Part shown: piece by piece, positions 55,307-63,394 of the stretch
How positions within the stretch are numbered: the first letter of the stretch is position 1
Layout: each line of letters begins with the position of its first letter
From: Rubrivivax sp.
Lineage (GTDB): Bacteria > Pseudomonadota > Gammaproteobacteria > Burkholderiales > Burkholderiaceae_C
DNA length: 64,000 nucleotides
Reading direction: 5' to 3'
NCBI GenBank assembly: GCA_049274755.1
Contig: JBASTF010000206.1
Location: forward strand, 22,682-86,681
Notes under the pieces: model-generated
Seen by the model: the letters and a program-made list of their open reading frames with translations, nothing else
The model's database searches: none
What the model was told of the DNA's origin: nothing
Program-made: the position numbers and the translations under genes

Positions 55307-57894
55307 CCCGCGCTTCCTTTGACGCGATCGTCACGCGCTTGGCTGCGTCGCCCACGGCGTGCAGCGAGCGCGAGCTGCTCGAACCTTCGCACTGGAGCCT
55401 GGGTGAGGATGCGCGGCTTCGCGAAGACATGCGCTTTCGGGAAACGCCTTGGGGGCAGTGGATGCTCGCCGATGACCTGGTGGCGAATGAGGCGGTCTAC
55501 CGCTGGCTCCATGCTGAGAAGCGTGGGTCGGTGTCACTCGGCGCCGCGCTGGAGCGCGCCGCCGAGGTTTTCGGGCGCAAGTGCGTCTTCTGTACCAGCG
55601 ACTCGCGCTTCGTGCTGCGCCGTGATGAAGTTCATCTGGCGGCTAGCGAGCTGTCTCGGCAGCCAGTCGTCGAACGTGAAGTGGGTGAGCTTGAGAAGTA
55701 CCAAACACACCTGCCGCTCCACAGCCTGAAGGCGGCAGCGGCCTCCGCGCCTGCCGGTGAGTGGGGGGCTCGTGCGCAAGTCCAGGTGATTGAGACGCTA
55801 GGTTGGGTGCGGATCGCGCTGCCCGGGCGCAAGCTCAGTGATCGCATGTTCATCGCCGCCGTCGAAGGTCACAGCATGGACGACGGCAAGAGTGGTCTCG
55901 TCGATGGCGGCTACGCGGTCTTCGAACTCTGGCCCGCGGGCACCAAGCAGAACTTGAACGTGCTGGTGCGGGGAACGTTTTCAGACCCGGAGACCGGCAG
56001 CTACGCGGTGAAGAAGTACGTTGCCGACCAGCGAGACGCAGAGGGTCACCACCACAGGATCTCACTCGTCTCGCTGAACCCGGACAAGGAGCGCTTCCCT
56101 GACATCGAGCTGCTACCCAGGAACGACGACGACATCATGGTCGTCGCCAAGGTGGTGCAGGCACTGGCGCCAAGCGACTACGAGCGGCGCCCGCTGGCCA
56201 GACGGCGTGTGGGGCGTCGAAACCTCAGCGGCAATGAGGTGGGTCTCCGCATTGCCCGTCGGGCCGCTTCGTTTTTCGACGGCGCGGGGACCGAACCTGA
56301 CGACGAGGACACCGACACAGCGCACGATACAGGCTGGCGAACACGGCTTGTGTGCCTGGACGTTGCCGCGGGCGGGCTGCATCTGGAGGTGGGCCCGCTA
56401 CACGGTCTTCCTCTGTTCGCGAAGAAGCTTCGGGTCGTGGGTGGCGCTTGGGACGCCTATGTGTTGGCTGCCAATGCCAAGGCACGCCCCACGCGCGTGC
56501 CGGTACGGCCAGGAACAGGCCCCTGGAGATGGGAAGCGGTCGGTTTCGAGGACGAGCATGAGCTTGGCCTTGGGCAGCTTTCGCACAGCACGCTGGACGA
56601 AGCATGCCCGACCGTGTTCCGCATCGACGCCGATGGTCTGGGACAGCACATCACCAGCCAGACGCTGGCTCTCGGGCAGGCGTATCACCTGCTCTTGCCG
56701 CCAGGCCTTGCTGGGGACGTCGGCACGGAATGCGGCGACGGCTGGCGGATCTGGTCGCTCGATCTCGCTGAGCAGGTCTCAACTGCGAAGCGGCAAGTTC
56801 TGTCCTCGCTGGGCCTCAGTGTTGGCGAGGCGTCTCCACGTCTTCAGTGGGCATTGGCTTCCGCCTCGGCGTGGCAGATGAGTGCACGAGGGGCGAGCTA
56901 CCCTGTCTTCGAGGCGGGCTTGGAGCTGCTGGTGGATGTTGGCGGCATCGCTCCGGACGAGGGCGACGAGACTGTGCTGTTCCTTCATGGTCCGTCTGGT
57001 GCCGATCGCCTCAAGATCTTGGGCAATGGGCTTGTATCGCTGGGTTGCCCTCAGGTGGGGCGTTGGGCTTGTGCGTTGATGCCGGGGCTGACCAGCGTGC
57101 CCGCTGCATGGCTCTTCTTCGAGGTCGCAGAGAGCGCAACTGGGCACATCGGTGCTTCGTGGACTGCCAGTGCGCCAAGCGGCCTGTCTTCGCTGGAGGC
57201 AACGGCGCCGCCGGGCTGGCCCGTCTCGCTGCGATGGCGAGTTGTCGCTGCGCATGAGGAGACGCTCGCAACGCTGCACGGTAACGATGACCACACGGTG
57301 CCTTTGGAAGGCATCTTCGCGATCCTGGAGGCCCGTGCCGCCCGCGCGCGCCTTGCCGATGTCATCGTCGACTTCCGCGAACTAGGCAGCCGCGCGATCG
57401 CGCATGATGGCCGAGCTTCGTTGAAAGACGTGCGTGAACAGCTGGCGACGCTGTGGCAGCAGCGGGCTGGCCTCGTGCATAGCCGCGCAGGGGACTGGCT
57501 GCAGCTGATGAAGCCTTGGTTTGAGCCGATCACTGCCCTGTTCGGCTACGGCATTGCTTCGCTCGAACTACCATCAGCCGGCACCGAATCGCACGACCTT
57601 GCTGCATGGCTGCTCACGGTCGACGAGCGGGCCGACGGCGTCATCATCCGTTCGCCATCACGCGTTCTCGTGCTGACGAGTGACGTTGATGCAGCGCTTC
57701 GCGAGCACCGTGCCTGGATCGACAACGCATGCGCAGCGGTAAAGGTGCGCGATGCGATCGTCACTGATGGAGCCAGCTGGACAACCCATCGCAAGGGCAG
57801 CCAACAGCTCAAGCAGCACCAGTGGAATCTCGATGATGTCATCGCAAGCGACAACATCGACGAGATGCTGGGCGACCTCGCCGAGGGTTTGTAG
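55303..57894 (+). CDS. Unknown 863-aa protein: N-terminal region + LexA/S24-peptidase-like domain + 516-aa shared C-terminal module
   Basis: GTG 55303 overlaps the mcrC stop (GTGA). 'THLPLHSLKAAAASAPAGEW...AAVEGHSMDDG...GSYAVKKYV' shows Ser...Lys dyad spacing typical of S24. The module from 'RLVCLDVAAGGL' (nt 56344) to the end is paralogous to 60861..62408. Confidence 0.8.
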   Translation: MTRASFDAIVTRLAASPTACSERELLEPSHWSLGEDARLREDMRFRETPWGQWMLADDLVANEAVYRWLHAEKRGSVSLGAALERAAEVFGRKCVFCTSDSRFVLRRDEVHLAASELSRQPVVEREVGELEKYQTHLPLHSLKAAAASAPAGEWGARAQVQVIETLGWVRIALPGRKLSDRMFIAAVEGHSMDDGKSGLVDGGYAVFELWPAGTKQNLNVLVRGTFSDPETGSYAVKKYVADQRDAEGHHHRISLVSLNPDKERFPDIELLPRNDDDIMVVAKVVQALAPSDYERRPLARRRVGRRNLSGNEVGLRIARRAASFFDGAGTEPDDEDTDTAHDTGWRTRLVCLDVAAGGLHLEVGPLHGLPLFAKKLRVVGGAWDAYVLAANAKARPTRVPVRPGTGPWRWEAVGFEDEHELGLGQLSHSTLDEACPTVFRIDADGLGQHITSQTLALGQAYHLLLPPGLAGDVGTECGDGWRIWSLDLAEQVSTAKRQVLSSLGLSVGEASPRLQWALASASAWQMSARGASYPVFEAGLELLVDVGGIAPDEGDETVLFLHGPSGADRLKILGNGLVSLGCPQVGRWACALMPGLTSVPAAWLFFEVAESATGHIGASWTASAPSGLSSLEATAPPGWPVSLRWRVVAAHEETLATLHGNDDHTVPLEGIFAILEARAARARLADVIVDFRELGSRAIAHDGRASLKDVREQLATLWQQRAGLVHSRAGDWLQLMKPWFEPITALFGYGIASLELPSAGTESHDLAAWLLTVDERADGVIIRSPSRVLVLTSDVDAALREHRAWIDNACAAVKVRDAIVTDGASWTTHRKGSQQLKQHQWNLDDVIASDNIDEMLGDLAEGL
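56344..57891 (+). repeat. Copy A of the 1548-nt (516-codon) paralogous coding module
   Basis: It aligns in register with 60861..62408. Shared anchors include RLVCLDVAAGGL, RPGTGPWRWEAVGFE, GWRIWSLDL, GRWACALM, ATAPPGWPVSLRW, DFRELG, HDLAAWLLT, SPSRVLVLT and KVRDAIVTDG. Confidence 0.85.
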
Positions 57895-60800
57895 TGGCGC
57901 CGTCCGACTATGAGTCGCTCAGCGACGAGAACAAGCGGCGCTACGGCACCGACATCGGTCGTATCGGGCCCATGCTGTTGGCGGACCGGTACGACGACCG
58001 GACGCACTTCATCTTCGAGCTGCTGCAGAACGCGGAAGATGCGATCGGCCGACGCGGCGACGCGGTCGGGCCAAGAAAGGTCACCTTCACGCTGACACCG
58101 GGCAGGCTGACGCTCTCGCACTTCGGCCGACCGTTTGACGAAGCCGATGTACGCGGCGTCTGTGGCATCGCCGAGAGTACGAAGGACAAGCACTCGATTG
58201 GCCGGTTTGGCATTGGCTTCAAGTCGGTGTACACGTTCACGAGCCGCCCAGAAGTGCACTCAGGCGAAGAAGACTTTGCCATTGAGAACTACGTTCTGCC
58301 GAAGGCGGTTGAACGCTCCACTCGCGAACCAGGCGAAACACAGATCATCCTGGCCCTGAGGCCTGACGACCCGTCCGCCGAGCAGGAGATCGAACAAGGC
58401 TTCCAGCGCCTCGGCGCCGGTGCGCTGCTGTTCCTCCAGCACATCGACGAGATCAACTGGAGTGTGGCTGGCGGCGCCTCTGGCCTCTATCTGCGGGGCG
58501 CACCCGTCCCACTCGGACCGAATGTTCAGCGCATCACTCTGATCGGCCAGGATGGCGACCAGAAAGAGGTCGATCAGCACTGGCTGGTCTTTCACAGCGA
58601 GGTGGCGACTGAGAACGCGGACAAGGTGGGGCGGGTGGAGGTCGCCTTCTCCTTGGCACGTCACCCAGAAGTCTCTGAGCGATGGACAGTCCAGCCTATC
58701 GCCGTATCTCCGTTGGTGGTGTTCTTCCCCACGGTGGTGTCGACGAATCTCGGATTCCTTGTCCAAGGGCCCTATCGAACGACGCCGAGCCGGGACAACA
58801 TACCCCGCAGTGATCCGTGGAACCAGGGGTTGGTGAAGCAGACAGCCCGCCTCGTCATCGACGCGGTTCGGTGGATGCGGGACAACGACATGCTGGACAC
58901 GACAGCACTGCGCTGCCTGCCGACTGACAGAACGAAGTTCTCGGAAGGCGCGATGTTTGCGGCCGTGTTCGATGCGGTGCGGCAGGCGTTCCTTGAGGAA
59001 GCGCTGCTGCCCCGCTTCGACGGTGGTTTCGTGTCCGCCCGCCAAGCGAGGTTGGCGCGCACGCAGGAGCTGAGAGAGCTGTTCAGCGCCGAGCAGGTTG
59101 CGTTGCTGTTTGGCACCCAGGGAAGCGCCTGGCTGTCGGGCGACATCACACAGGACAAGGCCCCGGAGCTGCGGCGGTATCTGCTGCAGGAGTTGAAGGT
59201 TCCAGAGGTGACCCCCGAGCAGATCGTGCCCAGGCTTGGTAAGGAGTTTCTCAAAGCGCAAACAGACGAGTGGATCGCAAGGCTGTACGCGTTCCTGGAT
59301 GGCCAGAAGGCCTTGTCCGAGCGAGTGGCCGCGGTGCCCTTGGTCCGCCTCGACAACGGCACCCATGTCGTGGCCCGAGTTGCAGGCCGCGCGCTGGCAT
59401 TTCTTCCGAGTGCCATCGAGACAAGCTTTCCCACGGTGCGGCGCGCCGCCTGTGCAACCCCTGCGGCCCGCAGCTTCTTGATTTCGTTGGGGCTCACCGA
59501 GCCAGATCCTGTCGATGACGTGATCTGGAACGTTCTGCCCAAGTACAAGCGGACTCGGGCCGAGAGCGAACAGGTCGACTACGCCGAAGACATCACCCGA
59601 ATACTCAAGGCCTTTGACACCGATTCGAAGGCGCAGCGGGAAAAGCTGCTCGGGGCACTGCGCGAAGCGCCGTTCGTGCAGGCGCTTGATACCGGCAGTG
59701 GGAAGCGCTCCGCGTCAAAACCAGGAAACGTCTACATCGCCACCGATCGACTGAAGGCCTTGTTCGCAGGCGTTGATGGCGTGCTGGTCGTCGATGATGA
59801 GGTCGACAGCCTTCGAGGCGAGCCCGTACGTGACCTGCTGGTTGCCTGTGGGGCCAGTCGCTACCTGGCTCCGAAGCAGATTGCGTCAGCACTGAGCACC
59901 GAGGAACTTATTCAGATGCGCGTTCGTGCCGGCCTGGAACGGGCAACTTGGGCGCACCCGATTGAGGACTTCACGGTACGAGGGCTCACCGAAGTGCTGG
60001 GCACGCTGAACATTCTGCCGCCAGAGGAGGCTCGCGCGCGAGCTGAAGTTCTCTGGGAAGCCCTTGCGGATCTGGAAGGGCGGGGAACAGGGTCGTTCTA
60101 CGGCACATACCGCTGGGGCTTCTCCCAGCAGACCAAGACCGTGCGGTTCGACGCCGCTTTCGTTCAACAGCTCAGGCGCGCCAGTTGGATTCCGGATGCC
60201 ACTGGCGATCTGGTTCGGCCGGAACTGGTGACGTTCGACTCGTTGGGGTGGAAGCCGAATCCGTTCTTGCTGGACAGGATTGCCTTCAAGCCGCCGATCA
60301 TCGATCAACTGGCGAAGCAGGCCGGCATTGAGCCAGCGGCACTGGATCTGCTGAGAAAGCTTGGCATCACCAGCCTCGCAGACCTTGCGCGCATGGGAAT
60401 CGCCAGCAAGCCCGCGGTCTCGCCAACGGTTGAGGACACGCCCGGCGGCGAGCCACACAGCAGCGATGCAAATGCGTCGGCGGCAGAAGATGCGCCCGAC
60501 TTGCCCGATGAGAATTCGGATGAGGAACGCACCGACGCCGACAGCAAGACACCAAGCCCCAGTACCGAATCCGATCCTGATACTCAGCTGAAGGACAAGG
60601 CCGACAACGAACCCGATGACGCGAATGATCGCGAGACGGAAGCAAGAGTCACCAGAGCGCCCCGCCAAACCAGCCCTGTCGTCAATCGGCAAACCAAGGC
60701 AACGACGGGTCAGAGGAAGCGCAAAGTCACCGGCCGTGATGGTCTCGCGGAACAGGCGGCCAGACTTGGCCGTCGTATCACCGCTTTCTTCGGTGAGATG

Positions 60801-62411
60801 GCAGATGCCGAAGACGATGAGAACGTTGACAGCCCGCCGCAGAGTTCGGGCTGGCAGGCACGATTGGTGTGTCTCGACGTCGCCGCCGGCGGTCTGCAGC
60901 TCGAGATTGGCCCACTGGATGGGCTGCCGAGCTTCGTGAAGAAGCTGCGCGTCGTAGGTACGGACTGGGATGCCCTCGTGTTGGCGGCGAATGTAAGGCT
61001 GCGCGCCAGCCGCACCCCAGTTCGCCCGGGAACAGGGCCATGGCGATGGGAAGCCGTTGGTTTCGAGGAAGAGCAGGACCTGGAGCTGGACAAGCTGGCG
61101 CTGAACGCACTGGGAGCGACCGAAGTTCTCGTGTTCCGCCTCGATGCGGATGGTGCGGGTCGACCCGTGGTGAGCAAGACGCTATCACCCGGACAGACAT
61201 ACCGACTCCTGCTTCCTCCTGGCCAGAGCAGCGATCTGGGTGTTGAACTCGACGCTGGCTGGCGCATCTGGTCGCTCGACCTGGCGATGCCATTCACATC
61301 GTCAACTAGAGAGCTTCTTGCCTCACTAGGGCTTGGCTTGGGTGAATCCTGGCCACGACTCGACTGGGCTGTTGTCCCGGCTTCTTCATGGCGCAGTAAC
61401 GCGCGTGGAGAGAGCTACCCGATTTTCGAATCAGGAACAGAACTGTTCGTCAACCTGAGCGGTGTTTTGCTAGAGGACGGCGACGACGCGGCGGTATTCA
61501 TGCATGGCCCAGCTACGACGGAGCAGTTTCCCGTTACCTCTGATGGACTTGTGTCCCTTGGCAAGCCCGCTGCTGGACGGTGGGCCTGTGCGCTGATGCA
61601 CTCTCGCACTAGCGTGCAGACCACCACGCTGGTGTTTGAAGTCTCACCCAGCGGGGTAGAGCACGTTTCCGCCATGTGGGCCGTCAGCGCGCCAACAGGG
61701 CTGGTCGAGATCGAGGCAACTGCCCCACCCGGCTGGCCAGTGTCGCTACGCTGGAGTGGGCTGGCGTCAAAAGAGGAGTCTCTGGCGACCCTCTACGCGG
61801 ACAACGATCGAAATATCTCCTTCGAGCGCGTTCACCCACTACTGCTGGCACGTGCTGCGCGCACACCCGTTGCCGATGTGGTAATCGACTTCCGCGAGCT
61901 GGGTCGACGCCTGATCTCGCACGATGCCCGCGCGAATTTGGCGCAGCTTCGCGAGCAAGTCTCCATGTTGTGGAAGCAACGCGCGGACCTTGTGCAAGCA
62001 CGGTCGGGGGCGTGGCAGCTTCTCATGCCTGGATGGTTCGAGCCTGTTGTGAGCCGCTTGGGCTATGGGGTCGAAGCGCTCACACTGCCTACTGATATGG
62101 ATGCGCCACACGACCTGGCAGCGTGGCTTCTCACCATCGATGAGCGCGAAAAGGGGACGATCACCCGCTCTCCATCGCGCGTTCTAGTCCTGACCACCCA
62201 AATCGACAGTGTGATGAGTGACCAGCGCGAGTGGATCGACGCTGTCTGCACTGCTGCAAAGGTGCGGGATGCGATCGTGACCGACGGCACGCGCTGGACC
62301 TGCCATCGCAAAGGCGATCGACAAATCAATCGGCGGGGCTGGAATCTGGATCACGCCGCCGAACTCGGCATCATGGACGAGATGCTGAACGATCTCACGG
62401 AGGGCTTGTGA
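57894..62411 (+). CDS. Unknown 1505-aa protein: sacsin-type GHKL ATPase head + large middle region + acidic linker + 516-aa shared C-terminal module
   Basis: GTG 57894 overlaps the previous stop (TAGTG). 'HFIFELLQNAEDAIGRRG' (Bergerat N-box) and 'IGRFGIGFKSVYTF' (G2 box). Nt ~60400-60850 form a D/E/S/P-rich linker. The C-terminal 516 aa are paralogous to 56344..57891. Confidence 0.85.
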   Translation: MAPSDYESLSDENKRRYGTDIGRIGPMLLADRYDDRTHFIFELLQNAEDAIGRRGDAVGPRKVTFTLTPGRLTLSHFGRPFDEADVRGVCGIAESTKDKHSIGRFGIGFKSVYTFTSRPEVHSGEEDFAIENYVLPKAVERSTREPGETQIILALRPDDPSAEQEIEQGFQRLGAGALLFLQHIDEINWSVAGGASGLYLRGAPVPLGPNVQRITLIGQDGDQKEVDQHWLVFHSEVATENADKVGRVEVAFSLARHPEVSERWTVQPIAVSPLVVFFPTVVSTNLGFLVQGPYRTTPSRDNIPRSDPWNQGLVKQTARLVIDAVRWMRDNDMLDTTALRCLPTDRTKFSEGAMFAAVFDAVRQAFLEEALLPRFDGGFVSARQARLARTQELRELFSAEQVALLFGTQGSAWLSGDITQDKAPELRRYLLQELKVPEVTPEQIVPRLGKEFLKAQTDEWIARLYAFLDGQKALSERVAAVPLVRLDNGTHVVARVAGRALAFLPSAIETSFPTVRRAACATPAARSFLISLGLTEPDPVDDVIWNVLPKYKRTRAESEQVDYAEDITRILKAFDTDSKAQREKLLGALREAPFVQALDTGSGKRSASKPGNVYIATDRLKALFAGVDGVLVVDDEVDSLRGEPVRDLLVACGASRYLAPKQIASALSTEELIQMRVRAGLERATWAHPIEDFTVRGLTEVLGTLNILPPEEARARAEVLWEALADLEGRGTGSFYGTYRWGFSQQTKTVRFDAAFVQQLRRASWIPDATGDLVRPELVTFDSLGWKPNPFLLDRIAFKPPIIDQLAKQAGIEPAALDLLRKLGITSLADLARMGIASKPAVSPTVEDTPGGEPHSSDANASAAEDAPDLPDENSDEERTDADSKTPSPSTESDPDTQLKDKADNEPDDANDRETEARVTRAPRQTSPVVNRQTKATTGQRKRKVTGRDGLAEQAARLGRRITAFFGEMADAEDDENVDSPPQSSGWQARLVCLDVAAGGLQLEIGPLDGLPSFVKKLRVVGTDWDALVLAANVRLRASRTPVRPGTGPWRWEAVGFEEEQDLELDKLALNALGATEVLVFRLDADGAGRPVVSKTLSPGQTYRLLLPPGQSSDLGVELDAGWRIWSLDLAMPFTSSTRELLASLGLGLGESWPRLDWAVVPASSWRSNARGESYPIFESGTELFVNLSGVLLEDGDDAAVFMHGPATTEQFPVTSDGLVSLGKPAAGRWACALMHSRTSVQTTTLVFEVSPSGVEHVSAMWAVSAPTGLVEIEATAPPGWPVSLRWSGLASKEESLATLYADNDRNISFERVHPLLLARAARTPVADVVIDFRELGRRLISHDARANLAQLREQVSMLWKQRADLVQARSGAWQLLMPGWFEPVVSRLGYGVEALTLPTDMDAPHDLAAWLLTIDEREKGTITRSPSRVLVLTTQIDSVMSDQREWIDAVCTAAKVRDAIVTDGTRWTCHRKGDRQINRRGWNLDHAAELGIMDEMLNDLTEGL
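60861..62408 (+). repeat. Copy B of the 1548-nt (516-codon) paralogous coding module
   Basis: See copy A. The length is identical and the anchors checked stay in register. About three-quarters of the first 57 residues are identical by my count. Confidence 0.85.
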
Positions 62412-63394
62412 TGCCGCTTTCGAACGTTTCCCGCGAGGAGGCAGCATCGCGACTTGTACAACGCCTCGGTAACCCGCCCGACTCGGTGGAGGCGCTGAGC
62501 GATCTGCTTCGACAGGAGGTGCATGCGCGCCAGCACGCACCCCGAGCGGCGACGCTTTTGCGACTGGCTCGACTCTTAGCCCCGGCTGTGAGCGTCGATC
62601 AGCAACGCCTTGACGAGGTCTGCGATGCGCTCGAACGCGAAAGCGATGTGGTGTTAGCGCCTGGTGGCGTCCTGTACGCGACGCCCACAAGGGTAGTGAT
62701 ACTGAAGCACGTTGCCCGGATCTTCAGCAGCGTTCCGACGCGGCCTTTGGCCGCGGTACTCGGGCGGGAGATTGTGGCAAAGGGGCCCACTCGCACTGTC
62801 ACATCGTTCGATGGCCTGACCGATGCCGTTGCATCGGTGGGGGGCGCTGACGTGTCGCCAGAAGTCTGGGCGGGCATGGACCGGACGCCGCCAGCCGATG
62901 CTGCGTTGCTCGCAAAGCTGGACCAGCGCCTTGAGTGGCAAGCGGCAGGGGCCGGATCGCTTGAACGGGATGGCAGTCTCGAGTGGCGCACTTGGCAACT
63001 GACGCCCGAGGGCATGCGCTGGAGACGCAGCGCTGAGGGACGACTCTGGTGGGCGCGCACCCGTTTCGGTGGGCATCTTCGCGCATGGACATCGGGCGGG
63101 TCCCCAGCCACAGCGCCGTTCGTTGACCTGAGCGCGGACGACGCTGACCGGGCACGCTTCGCACTTTCGCGCGAGCTCCCCGGTGCGGCTGTGTTGCGAA
63201 TCGTGCGCTCTGGATCGCGAGTGGCGCTTGAACTCCCCGGGTGGCTCCCGCGCTCAGAGTACCGATGGCTCTCGCTTCACGCCGAGCCCACACCTGAAAC
63301 CAAGGGCCTCGGTTGGGAGATCGCAGCAGACGACGAAGCAATGATCACGAAGCCTCTGGTGGAACGTCTTGGACTCGCTGTGGAGGCGACATGA
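62411..63394 (+). CDS. Hypothetical protein (327 aa), coupled on both sides
   Basis: ATG 62411 lies within ORF 62231..63394 and overlaps the upstream stop (TGATG). Its stop overlaps the next start (ATGA). No motif was recognised. Confidence 0.7.
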   Translation: MPLSNVSREEAASRLVQRLGNPPDSVEALSDLLRQEVHARQHAPRAATLLRLARLLAPAVSVDQQRLDEVCDALERESDVVLAPGGVLYATPTRVVILKHVARIFSSVPTRPLAAVLGREIVAKGPTRTVTSFDGLTDAVASVGGADVSPEVWAGMDRTPPADAALLAKLDQRLEWQAAGAGSLERDGSLEWRTWQLTPEGMRWRRSAEGRLWWARTRFGGHLRAWTSGGSPATAPFVDLSADDADRARFALSRELPGAAVLRIVRSGSRVALELPGWLPRSEYRWLSLHAEPTPETKGLGWEIAADDEAMITKPLVERLGLAVEAT

